Origin: Candidatus Moraniibacteriota bacterium
Lineage (GTDB): Bacteria; Patescibacteriota; Minisyncoccia; Moranbacterales; UBA2206
NCBI GenBank assembly: GCA_049303795.1
Contig: JBAQNM010000005.1
Coordinates: forward strand, 222,381 to 286,380
Length of the DNA stretch: 64,000 nucleotides
Direction: 5' to 3'
A program made the position numbers and the translations under genes. Of the stretch, positions 10,753-19,496 are shown in pieces. Below the pieces are notes generated by a model. That model was not told where the DNA came from, searched no databases, and was given only the letters and a program-made list of their open reading frames with translations. Position 1 is the first letter of the stretch. Each line of letters begins with the position of its first letter.

Positions 10753-11466
10753 CTATGCGCCAAATCTTCTCTGTCTCATGGCATATTCGCGAAGAGCTTC
10801 TTCGAATTTTTCCGGCGTAAAATCAGGAAACTTATCACTAGAAAAATAGAGTTGTGCATTGGCCACATCCCACATCATAAAACCAGCGCTATTATGTGGC
10901 TCTCCTCCTGTTCTGATCATATAATCAACGACTGGCAAGTTGGCCGTCATAAGGTTTTCTTTAACAATTTCAGCCGTAATCTTGGCATCCTGAGAATATT
11001 TAGCATTTATTTTCTCAACCGCTCTCAACATATCATCTGTTCCACTATAGGCCAACATGAAATTTAAAATTCGTTTTTTGTAATTTTTAGTTTTTTCGAT
11101 CACTTCATAGATCAGTTTTTTCAGAGATTCAGGAAATTGCGCTTCCCAACGTCCAATAAAATTCACCTGCACCTCATTTTCGTGAATTTCCTTACTATTT
11201 AACAGCTTAGTGAAATATCTCTTATATATATCCAGCAATGCCTTTTTTTCTTCTAGCGGCCTCTTGGTCAAATTATCAATTGAAGATCCCCAAATCGAAA
11301 GACACTTAATGCCTTTTTTAAGTGAATAGCTGATTAATTTTTCAAAATTTTCCGCCCCCACTTCATGTCCCTTCCAAGGCGCTAGTCCTCGTTCACGCGC
11401 CCAACGTCGATTGGCGTCAGGAATAATAGCAACATGATTTGGCAAAATTTCTATACTATTTTTCAT
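10753..11466 (-). CDS. uppS: undecaprenyl-diphosphate synthase (cis-isoprenyl transferase)
   Basis: HVAIIPDANRRWA motif and the UPPS fold. Confidence 0.9.
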   Translation of the reverse strand: MKNSIEILPNHVAIIPDANRRWARERGLAPWKGHEVGAENFEKLISYSLKKGIKCLSIWGSSIDNLTKRPLEEKKALLDIYKRYFTKLLNSKEIHENEVQVNFIGRWEAQFPESLKKLIYEVIEKTKNYKKRILNFMLAYSGTDDMLRAVEKINAKYSQDAKITAEIVKENLMTANLPVVDYMIRTGGEPHNSAGFMMWDVANAQLYFSSDKFPDFTPEKFEEALREYAMRQRRFGA

Positions 11467-11481
11467 AAATTGACAATTAAA

Positions 11482-12573
11482 CTAAACTTCTCTTTTTATT
11501 ATATAATCAGCGATACCTTCAAGAAAAATTCTCGCTTCACTATTTTTAAATTCAATTTTTTTCAAAGCCAAAAGCGCTTCTGCTATTAATCTTTCTGATA
11601 ATTTTTGTGAATATTCCAGAGATCCTGTTTCTTTAATAATTTTACGAAATATTTCCAACTCTGGCAAGGTCAAATCTTTCTTGCCTAAAAGCTCTTTTAT
11701 TTCTTTTTTTTGCTCCTTAGTTCCTTTTTCCAGCGCCCTAACGATTAGTAGTGTCTGCTTTCCTTCAATTATATCAGCCCCAACCACTTTTCCCAACTTA
11801 TTTTCTTCACCAAACAATCCCAATATGTCATCTCGAATTTGAAAAGCAATGCCGATTGGTAATGAATAGTCAGTGAGAGCTTTCATCAATTCCTTATTAC
11901 TCTTTTGGCCAGCAAACACAGCGCCCAAGTGCAATGGTCCTTCAAAAGTATAGCGGGCCGTTTTCCCTTCATACATTCGCATTATCTCTTTCTCCGTTGC
12001 TATTCCCTTCGCTTCCATTAAGACATCCAACATCTCGCCGGGAATAGTTTGATAAACAATCTCTTGAATTTTCTTCAAAGCCATTAAGATTGTTTCTGCA
12101 TCAAAATCGGAATTAAAAGAAATCTCATTTGCCATGGAATAGGCGACATCACCAACAACAATCGCCATCGAATTACCAAAATGCGAAGCATCCTTTTCAT
12201 CCAGACTTAAATCTTCTCCCCAATTTTTATATATCTTATGAACAGTTGTTGTATTATGTCGGACATCATCACGATCAATAATATCGTCGTGAATCAAAAG
12301 AAAGGCATGTGCCAGCTCAATCGACATTGATGCTTTGACTATATGCTCGCCATCTTTTCCGCCTGCGGCTAAATATCCATAATATGCCAAAGCTGGACGG
12401 ATTCTTTTTCCTCCAGAAAGAACAAATTTTTCAATAACCTCCACTACTTGAACAGCCAGCGGGTCAATCTTCTTGGCTTGCTCCAGTTTTTGAGCAAAAT
12501 ATTCCTTTAAATATGGATCTAGTCTTTTTTTATAATTTTTCAAAATTTCAACTGCCGGAGCGTTTTTTTCCAT
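11482..12573 (-). CDS. trans-polyprenyl diphosphate synthase (FPP/GGPP-type); likely start at the internal Met (MEKNAP..)
   Basis: FARM motif LLIHDDIID and SARM motif FQIRDDILG; adjacent to uppS, a plausible supplier of the allylic primer. Confidence 0.8.
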   Translation of the reverse strand: MEKNAPAVEILKNYKKRLDPYLKEYFAQKLEQAKKIDPLAVQVVEVIEKFVLSGGKRIRPALAYYGYLAAGGKDGEHIVKASMSIELAHAFLLIHDDIIDRDDVRHNTTTVHKIYKNWGEDLSLDEKDASHFGNSMAIVVGDVAYSMANEISFNSDFDAETILMALKKIQEIVYQTIPGEMLDVLMEAKGIATEKEIMRMYEGKTARYTFEGPLHLGAVFAGQKSNKELMKALTDYSLPIGIAFQIRDDILGLFGEENKLGKVVGADIIEGKQTLLIVRALEKGTKEQKKEIKELLGKKDLTLPELEIFRKIIKETGSLEYSQKLSERLIAEALLALKKIEFKNSEARIFLEGIADYIIKREV

Positions 12574-12693
12574 GCACTTATTTTTAATCTTTAAGCATTC
12601 CCAGAAGAGATTTGGATAAATCCCACTACCCACGAGTATACAAGAAAACCCAGTTCGTGTCGAGCAAACAACTATTAGGTCAAACGGACATGC

Positions 12694-13422
12694 TTATCTC
12701 AAGTAATGCTCCAGTGTATAAATCCAATTTTCATCATTTTCTCCATCAGCCTCTCTGGTTTTTATTTTTTCGTTCAATAACCATTGCAAATAATTGCGAT
12801 CACGCATTGCCACATCGGAAACTTTCATTCCGACATATTTCCCAAAATTAAATTTTTTCACAAGCACCGGACGCGCAGAAACGTTCAGCATTTCAGCAAT
12901 AACCGCTTCCTCGCTTCCAGCAACTTTTAACATCTTTTCAAAATAATGTTCAAATAATTTTTCCAACACACGAATATCACCCAGCGCGTTGTGCGCCGGC
13001 GCATCAAGAACATCCAGATCATGATAATAGCGCAAATATTGCATAGCATATCGAGGAATCTCCGCTTCAACATCCAAATATTGCGCCAACTTAAATGTAT
13101 CAATTGCTTGAGCAATTTCCAGGTTTTCCCGCCTGAGCATCTCCACATCAAACGGAGCATTATGCGCCACCAAAATATGCCCGGAAGAAAAAATTTCCAC
13201 TAAAGCTTTGTGCATTTCGGAATCAAGAAAAACTTCTTTATCGGCTACCATTTTATTGGTGATATGCGAAACAGCCATCGCATCAATTTCGATTGGCACG
13301 GGCGGTTTGAAAAGCGCTTCGGATTCCTGACCTTGAATTTTATAAGCCACTTGACACAAACGAGCTTCCGGACCGGTGCCGGTTGTTTCTGTATCTAAAA
13401 AAACTAATTTTGATTTATTCAT
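12694..13422 (-). CDS. DEDDh-family 3'-5' exonuclease (DnaQ/epsilon-like)
   Basis: Exo I motif FLDTETTG, Exo II motif HNAPFDVEML and Exo III motif HNALGDIRV. Confidence 0.7.
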   Translation of the reverse strand: MNKSKLVFLDTETTGTGPEARLCQVAYKIQGQESEALFKPPVPIEIDAMAVSHITNKMVADKEVFLDSEMHKALVEIFSSGHILVAHNAPFDVEMLRRENLEIAQAIDTFKLAQYLDVEAEIPRYAMQYLRYYHDLDVLDAPAHNALGDIRVLEKLFEHYFEKMLKVAGSEEAVIAEMLNVSARPVLVKKFNFGKYVGMKVSDVAMRDRNYLQWLLNEKIKTREADGENDENWIYTLEHYLR

Positions 13423-13492
13423 ATTTAAATTCTAACCTAAAAATTCTTTTTTAGCAAAATTTAAAAGGTCATTTATTTTTTATAAATGACCT

Positions 13493-13837
13493 TCATTCTA
13501 ACACTTCCCGCTGGTTGCAAAAACTGCAATCTTCCCCGATAACAACTAGCGTTCGTTCGATAATACCGACTAGACGCAAAAAATCATGACTAGAGCCTTG
13601 AAGCTCTATGCAAGTTCTGGCCTCTTGTCGTTCTGTAAGCAAGATTTCAATTTTCCGGTCTTTTCTCCAAATGCTACAACCCATGATAATTCCTCCACTG
13701 CCTCCAATATGTCCCAATGCCGATCCGCCTTGTATTCTTTCATCATATTCGACAACAATGCCACACGCCCTTAGGGCGTTAACCACCTCGATAACCGATT
13801 CAGCCACGAAAATTTCATGCCAATGATGCTTTTTCAT
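13493..13837 (-). CDS. hypothetical protein (Gly-rich HIGGSGGIIMG loop, C-terminal CSFC)
   Basis: ORF only; no family recognised. Confidence 0.3.
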   Translation of the reverse strand: MKKHHWHEIFVAESVIEVVNALRACGIVVEYDERIQGGSALGHIGGSGGIIMGCSIWRKDRKIEILLTERQEARTCIELQGSSHDFLRLVGIIERTLVVIGEDCSFCNQREVLE

Positions 13838-13971
13838 AGCTTACCTCCTTTATTTTTAAATGTACTTGATTTTGTTTATTTTTAATCCCTCCTATGAGTT
13901 ATTTTTTAGCATTCAGTCATTTTTTTTTCAAAATCATACTATCCTAGCACAAATAGCGATAAAAGCAAGCT

Positions 13972-14018
13972 TCCCCATAAAAAGAAAGGCGCTTAGCGTG
14001 TTTACACGACTAAGCGCC
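13972..14018 (-). terminator. intrinsic terminator downstream of the receiver-like gene cluster
   Basis: About 14-bp GC-containing stem (aggcgcttagcgtg..cacgactaagcgcct) followed on the minus strand by a T-run. Confidence 0.5.
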
Positions 14019-14050
14019 TAGATTAAACCAGTTTTCCTTTTTCCGAAAAA

Positions 14051-14413
14051 TCACTTCAACATAGAGGAGATTTTAGTCACAAGTTCTTCATCAGAAAATG
14101 GCCTTTCCAGGACGCCACAGCCTTCTGCGGTAGCGATGCTCCGCTTGCTGCTCACGCCAGAAATGCAAAGTATTCCGATTGGTTCTTTTTTTCGTTGAAT
14201 CTTTTTGACTTGATTGATATGATTAACCCCATCGGTAATTGACATTGTAAAATCAATCACGAATAGATCGACTTTGTTGCGAGGAGGATTTGTTTCGTTA
14301 AACTCAACAACTTCAAATCCTAGCTCAGTAAGAACATATTTGAGCGAGCCTGATTCACCTTTAACTAAGACGATGACTTTTTTCTTACTTCCCTTTTTTT
14401 TGGCCACTATCAT
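14051..14413 (-). CDS. stand-alone receiver (REC)-like domain protein, atypical N-terminal acidic pocket
   Basis: CheY-like layout: ..DLFVIDFTMSITDG.. (Asp at the phospho-acceptor position), ..GILCISG.., C-terminal ..GCGVLERPF; the N-terminal DD pocket is replaced by KGES. Confidence 0.5.
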   Translation of the reverse strand: MIVAKKKGSKKKVIVLVKGESGSLKYVLTELGFEVVEFNETNPPRNKVDLFVIDFTMSITDGVNHINQVKKIQRKKEPIGILCISGVSSKRSIATAEGCGVLERPFSDEELVTKISSMLK

Positions 14414-14452
14414 TCCCTCCTAGTTGAAAATTATAGTTTAGTTGCCTTGATT

Positions 14453-14659
14453 TTAAAACCATCGAGATAACGCCATTATTCTATCAACAAACCCTGAAGG
14501 CTTGTCAAAACCACTTGCTTTTTTGCAATTATCGCAGACGGCATGATCAGCATTTTCTTCATCTTCAGGGCTAAGTGAAACATGCACCCATACTTTATTT
14601 TCATTTTTCACTCGCCCGCAAAATGAGCAGACGAGAATTTTCTTGTTTGGATTAGTCAT
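14453..14659 (-). CDS. small zinc-ribbon protein (CxxC..CxxC)
   Basis: CSFCG and CDNCK pairs in 68 aa; overlaps the upstream REC gene by 4 nt, suggesting translational coupling. Confidence 0.45.
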   Translation of the reverse strand: MTNPNKKILVCSFCGRVKNENKVWVHVSLSPEDEENADHAVCDNCKKASGFDKPSGFVDRIMALSRWF

Positions 14660-15033
14660 ACCTCCTCCTCGAAATTAAACCGCCCGGGAAAGATCCTTTC
14701 CAGTTCTTGCTTGAAGTCATCGAAGTTGAATTTGCTTCTTAAAAATCCATTGCATCCATTTTCCAGATAATATTTCCGATGAAATCCAGAACTTGAAATA
14801 CCAATGATTTTTGTTTCCGGCTGAATCTCACTAGCCCTCTTCAAGAATTCAACCCCCTCTCCATTAAACATTTTCAAATCAATAATCAGCAAATCCACTT
14901 TTTCTTCAGAAATAACCTCCCAAGCCTTTTGGCAATCTAAGGAATAATGAAATCCATAATCTTCTTTTGATTTTAAAAATTTCTTTATAGCACTGACCAA
15001 TCGGGCCTGACCACAAACCAATAAAATTTTCAT
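14656..15033 (-). CDS. stand-alone receiver (REC)-like domain protein, DD pocket missing
   Basis: CheY-like ..VDLLIIDLKMFNGEG.., ..IIGISS.., ..GCNGFLRSKF; N-terminus is LLVCGQ instead of the DD motif. Confidence 0.55.
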   Translation of the reverse strand: MKILLVCGQARLVSAIKKFLKSKEDYGFHYSLDCQKAWEVISEEKVDLLIIDLKMFNGEGVEFLKRASEIQPETKIIGISSSGFHRKYYLENGCNGFLRSKFNFDDFKQELERIFPGRFNFEEEV

Positions 15034-15070
15034 CCCTCTTTTTACTCCCTCTTAATTTTAACCGCTTGCG

Positions 15071-15328
15071 TTATTGCTCTTTGTTATCCTTCGACATCGT
15101 AGCGATAGCCGTTTTTGCCAAGTTGGCTGCCAGCACTTTTTCCAAAAACATTGTTCCTTCCGGCATATCCAAATCAATTACAATTAAAGTCACTCTCTCG
15201 CCAGAATTAATTAAATCAAACGCCTCTTTAATTTCAGAAAAGAAAACCACGTCTTCATGATATAAGCGAAAACGATGAACTGCTTCTTTTTTTGCCTCAT
15301 CATCAACGCAAAATACTAAGGTTTTCAT
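15071..15328 (-). CDS. short (85-aa) receiver-like domain protein with an intact DDE pocket but truncated C-terminus
   Basis: VFCVDDE .. TLIVIDLDMPEG .. then ends, with no K-box or alpha-5 segment. Confidence 0.45.
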   Translation of the reverse strand: MKTLVFCVDDEAKKEAVHRFRLYHEDVVFFSEIKEAFDLINSGERVTLIVIDLDMPEGTMFLEKVLAANLAKTAIATMSKDNKEQ

Positions 15329-15432
15329 TTTTCCACCTCGCCTTCTTTCTATTTGATTGTCAAAGAAACAAAGAGCCCACCATTAGGCTCTCTGTGATAT
15401 ATAAACATACAATTTGACTCTGGTCAACAAAA

Positions 15433-16404
15433 TTACACGATTTTTGAATCATCCTCTGGTTCTATTGTTTCTTTCAGTTCCGGAGTTTTTCCGACTTTCT
15501 TTTTAAGAAAATGAAGTAAGATAAATTGTAAAATAATTGCGATAGCTATAGAGCTATACCAAAACCAAGAAAACTCGCGACACTCATCAAAGAAATACCA
15601 AAAAGCCACTGCCAGCACTGTCCAAGCTGCCGGGAATTTCCAGCCATAGTTCTCTTCGGTATATTTGCTTCGACTGTCCAGTCCAAGCGCACCGGCAAAA
15701 ACTACCAGCGCCAAAACCCAAATCCAGCTTGGCCAACTTTGACAAGCATCTTCTGTTCCAGCAATTTCCCCGCCGCCTTCTTCACCTTGCACACCACCAA
15801 CAGCAGATGTTGGAGTTGGCTCTTCATTTCCGGTAAAACCAGTTCTACCTTCCGCTGCCAAAATTTCCGCCTCTGTTCCAGCTCCGGCATTTTCCGATTC
15901 AATCGTAAAATCAATATCAAACTTAGTTTTCAGACCTTGATATTCATTGCCAGCATCTTCATCAAATTTAATTTTTATCTTATATCGCTCGCTTTCTCCG
16001 GTTGATAGATTATCCACATAAAGAGATTCGTCGTCTGCTTCCTTGAGATTCCAGCGATCACCAGCGCCACCGATTCGATAATCATTGTCTGAAGTGCGAA
16101 TAACATACAGCTTCAATTTTTTCGCTAATTTTTTATCCCCATTAACATCAAATTTAAAATAAAGATTAGTATCATCTGTTGTACTTCTATTTTTCACGCG
16201 AATTGTTTTGGAATCTTGCCAGCCGGGATAAATATTATCCGCATCAAAAATATCATCGCCATCGATATTTGTGCCCACCGGATATTCCACATCGATCTTA
16301 TCGACCGCCTTAGCTACATTTCCCAGAGATATAAAAGCTAAAACCAAACTCATCATGAGTAATGAAATTTTTCCTAATTTAAATTTTTCCATTCTATTTT
16401 TCAT
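15433..16404 (-). CDS. secreted protein with a beta-sandwich (TasA/camelysin-like?) N-domain, an acidic Gly-rich linker and three C-terminal TM helices
   Basis: Signal peptide, a ..IRVKNRSTTDDTNLYFKFDV.. beta-rich region, and a hydrophobic C-terminal anchor. Confidence 0.35.
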   Translation of the reverse strand: MKNRMEKFKLGKISLLMMSLVLAFISLGNVAKAVDKIDVEYPVGTNIDGDDIFDADNIYPGWQDSKTIRVKNRSTTDDTNLYFKFDVNGDKKLAKKLKLYVIRTSDNDYRIGGAGDRWNLKEADDESLYVDNLSTGESERYKIKIKFDEDAGNEYQGLKTKFDIDFTIESENAGAGTEAEILAAEGRTGFTGNEEPTPTSAVGGVQGEEGGGEIAGTEDACQSWPSWIWVLALVVFAGALGLDSRSKYTEENYGWKFPAAWTVLAVAFWYFFDECREFSWFWYSSIAIAIILQFILLHFLKKKVGKTPELKETIEPEDDSKIV

Positions 16405-16427
16405 AATTATATCAAATTATTTTCATT

Positions 16428-18059
16428 TTAACCTTGGGCTTCTTCTCCGGGATTATGATCTTCTTCTTTCTTAGCTTTTTCCTCCTCCTCTTTTTTAGCT
16501 TTTTCCTCGGCTTCTTTTTTCGCTTTTTCCTCTTCAGCTTTTTTCTCAGCCTCTAATTTAGCTTCTTCAGCCTTAGCTTTTGCTTCTGCCTCCAGCTTAG
16601 CCTTCTCTTTCGCTTCTGCTTCAGCCTTAGCTTTTTCCTCAGCTTCTAATTTCGCTTTTTCTTCTTCAATATTTTCATCTTCATCCTCAACATCAGAAGC
16701 AGGATCATTTTCTGGTTCATCAATAATAGGTTCTGGTGTTGGATTTACTTTCGGCTCTTCAGTTGGAGTTGGCTCGGGAGTTGGCGTTGCATCAGGAGTT
16801 GGAGTTGGAGTTACTTCTGCATTAGGAGTTTCAGTTGGAGTTGGAGTTACTTCCAAAGCTGGATCGACTTCTGAAGCCAGAGGTGGATCGGGAGTTGGAG
16901 TTGGAATTATTTCTTCTTCGCCCTCTAAAAGACCCAGCGCAACCAACAAATTAATATCACAACTTGGATTGTCATCAACTAAATCGCCATTTTTATCTAA
17001 ACACCACTCTTCAAAGAAATTCTTAAAATCATCGACTTCAAGACTTTGACTATTATCCTCTCCTGGAGTAGGAACGGGATCATACCAATCGCCTGTTCCG
17101 TCTGGATAACGAGCAAAAGATTTTCCTGGCCAAGTTTCGTCCCAAATTCCACCAGGCATCAACATATTTTCATTACCCCTTGTATTCAAAGCATCAAAAG
17201 CATCTGAGTCACTAGCTATCTCATAATCGTATGCGTCAATCAAATTAGCGCCAGCGCCAATCTCTCCGTCATAAAGACGAACAGAATCAGACCCATTATT
17301 ATTAAGAGCAAAATCCCCGTCACCGTTCCTAAAGACCACCAAGTGTCCACCGGCAGGAACAATCGATTCCCCGGAATCAAATGGATTATTGTCATTATTT
17401 CCATTACTATTTGAAATCAAAAGCTCGTGGGAATCGTTATTGTCATATAGATACCAACCACTAACATCAATATCTAAAGATCCATTGTTATATAACTCCA
17501 CCCATTCTCCTCCCGGTTTTGGCAAAGAATCACCAAGAATTGGGTCAGGCACAAATTCATTCAGCACTACCATCCAAGAAATTTCAAACTCATCGCTTTC
17601 ATCAAAAGCGGAAAGTAGATGCGAATCAGTTGCCGTTACCCTTACTTTGCAGTTATCAGAAATATCAGTCGGCACTGTCCAAGGATAACTTCCGTCATTA
17701 TTTGTTCCGGTTACAATATTTGTCCACAAATCACCGTCACAAGCATAATCAATACCAATAAGCATTCCAGCCGTTGCTGATGGATCGGAAGAATCAGCCG
17801 TCCATTCAATATCTTGAGATGATCCAACTTGCCATTCATCGTCATCTTCCGGACTAGTCACCTCAACTTCCGGCACTATCCAATATCCAGCGGAAAAAGC
17901 GTTGCCCGTTGATGCTACAGGAGAAGCATAGAAAGATCTGGTACCAGAAATTTGACGAAAGCTAAAAGCAAATATCAAAAACAAGCTCAAAACCGCCAAT
18001 CTTTCAAATGACTTAAAAATTCTTCTATTAATTGCTGATCTTCGGATTTTTTTCAACAT
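16428..18059 (-). CDS. secreted lamin-tail-domain (LTD) protein with a PT-rich linker and an EAKAK-repeat C-terminal tail
   Basis: LTD signature VVLNEFVPDP..GEWVELYNNG..DVSGWYLYD; low-complexity PTPTPD and (EAKAK)n regions. Confidence 0.6.
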   Translation of the reverse strand: MLKKIRRSAINRRIFKSFERLAVLSLFLIFAFSFRQISGTRSFYASPVASTGNAFSAGYWIVPEVEVTSPEDDDEWQVGSSQDIEWTADSSDPSATAGMLIGIDYACDGDLWTNIVTGTNNDGSYPWTVPTDISDNCKVRVTATDSHLLSAFDESDEFEISWMVVLNEFVPDPILGDSLPKPGGEWVELYNNGSLDIDVSGWYLYDNNDSHELLISNSNGNNDNNPFDSGESIVPAGGHLVVFRNGDGDFALNNNGSDSVRLYDGEIGAGANLIDAYDYEIASDSDAFDALNTRGNENMLMPGGIWDETWPGKSFARYPDGTGDWYDPVPTPGEDNSQSLEVDDFKNFFEEWCLDKNGDLVDDNPSCDINLLVALGLLEGEEEIIPTPTPDPPLASEVDPALEVTPTPTETPNAEVTPTPTPDATPTPEPTPTEEPKVNPTPEPIIDEPENDPASDVEDEDENIEEEKAKLEAEEKAKAEAEAKEKAKLEAEAKAKAEEAKLEAEKKAEEEKAKKEAEEKAKKEEEEKAKKEEDHNPGEEAQG

Positions 18060-18094
18060 AAGCTAATAAATTATCCTTTTATTCACTTCTATGC

Positions 18095-18703
18095 CTATTC
18101 TTCATTGTTGTCAACTGAATTATCTTTTTCCTTTTCAGCCTCTCCCTCATTTTCACTATTTTCTTTTTTATTCTCTTTGCGTTTTTTCACTCTTTTCCAA
18201 TAATCAATCTTTTTACCTATTTCTTTTTCTATCTTTCGCACTTCGTCATAAATGATTATTATCGCCGGAATTATGATGAGCAAAATCAATCCTTGCGGTG
18301 TTTTGGCATAATTTACCGGATAACCGAGCAGTGGAATTGCCAGAAAAGTTTTTCCAATGATACTATCTTCTTCAATTACCTCCCTATCCTCGCCATCGTT
18401 AGCATCTCCTTTGGTTTTGAAAGTAACCTCTCCGTCTTTTTCTGCTTTAGAAATCACTCGATGCGTGACTGTCGCTCTACCATCGCTAGTTGGAACGGTG
18501 ATAATGTCGCCTTCGTTATAATTTTCCTGCGATTTGACGAAAATCAGACTGCCCGTATGAATGGCCGGTTCCATCGAACCTGACAAAACTGTATAAATTT
18601 TATAATTCCCCGGAATTGGAAAGAACGAAAACGCCACCAGAATTCCAATCATAAGCAGACAAAACAGAATTGTATTAACTATTATCTTGAAAATCTTTTT
18701 CAT
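18095..18703 (-). CDS. sipW: signal peptidase I, SipW type (archaeal/ER-like)
   Basis: N-terminal TM helix followed by ..VLSGSMEPAIHTGSLIFV.. with the catalytic Ser in SGSMEP and a C-terminal TM helix. Confidence 0.8.
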   Translation of the reverse strand: MKKIFKIIVNTILFCLLMIGILVAFSFFPIPGNYKIYTVLSGSMEPAIHTGSLIFVKSQENYNEGDIITVPTSDGRATVTHRVISKAEKDGEVTFKTKGDANDGEDREVIEEDSIIGKTFLAIPLLGYPVNYAKTPQGLILLIIIPAIIIIYDEVRKIEKEIGKKIDYWKRVKKRKENKKENSENEGEAEKEKDNSVDNNEE

Positions 18704-18818
18704 TTTTGAAACTTAAATTACTTTTTATGTCCTGGCTCTGCTCACCCCGCCTTCGCCAGCTGGCGAATTGGCGGAGTGAAGAGAGATTGGAAAATTTTCA
18801 ATCTCCACTCAACTCAAA

Positions 18819-19496
18819 TTAATTTTGAGAAGCGTCTTGTTGTAATTCGAAAGTGAAAGTTGCATTAACAGTTTCACCTTGTGTTACTAAGTCTGTGTCA
18901 ACATAAGAATTCATAAAAAGATAAGCGGATGTTCCATGAGTAAGACCTTCGCTATTGCCATCAGCAGCAATTCTAACCTTCAATGTTCCTAGGGCAGCTA
19001 ACTCAGAAAGAGAAAGAGTTCCATCTAAATCTGTATCAGCACCAACAAAAGGAGCTCCATTCATATCAGTTACCAAATAGTCATTTCCAGCAGCAGGTGC
19101 TAGAATTTCTTCAACTAAATTTTCTGAATCAGTACCAGCTATTGAAGCACCGAATCTCAATCCATTACCAGCACCGGTTGGATAAAACTTAATTTCATCT
19201 GCCAAATCAGTGTCAGCATCAAGAGCAACAGTAATATTAACATGATGAGCATCGATTGTTCCAGCATTTTCAACTTGGAAAATTCTTTGTGGAATCACTG
19301 ATCCAGGGAATAAATTAGTTTCGTTAAAAACTGCTGTAGCTGTTGGATTTTGATCATTGATTTCCAAAATCATTGTTCCAGCAGCAAAAGTGTTATCTGG
19401 ACTTGTCACAGTGCTTGTGAAATATGAGTAGGTTGCTCCTCCGGCAATTGCAGCTACTGCCACAATCGCTACGAGGCTTAATAGAATTTTTTTCAT
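18819..19496 (-). CDS. TasA/CalY/camelysin-family secreted protein with a SipW-cognate signal peptide
   Basis: N-terminus ..AIAGGATYSYFTSTVTSPDNTFAAGTM.. matches the SipW-cognate class signal-peptide pattern (GGTxAYFSD..N.F.AG); located immediately upstream of sipW. Confidence 0.7.
   Translation of the reverse strand: MKKILLSLVAIVAVAAIAGGATYSYFTSTVTSPDNTFAAGTMILEINDQNPTATAVFNETNLFPGSVIPQRIFQVENAGTIDAHHVNITVALDADTDLADEIKFYPTGAGNGLRFGASIAGTDSENLVEEILAPAAGNDYLVTDMNGAPFVGADTDLDGTLSLSELAALGTLKVRIAADGNSEGLTHGTSAYLFMNSYVDTDLVTQGETVNATFTFELQQDASQN

Noticed and set aside
16428-16700. Nucleotide-level repeats (gcttttt.. / gaggaaaaagc..) at the 5' end of the minus-strand LTD gene as an independent repeat element.
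   Set aside because: They encode the in-frame (EAKAK/EEKAK)n low-complexity C-terminal tail of the 543-aa protein. This is a coding repeat, not a separate element.
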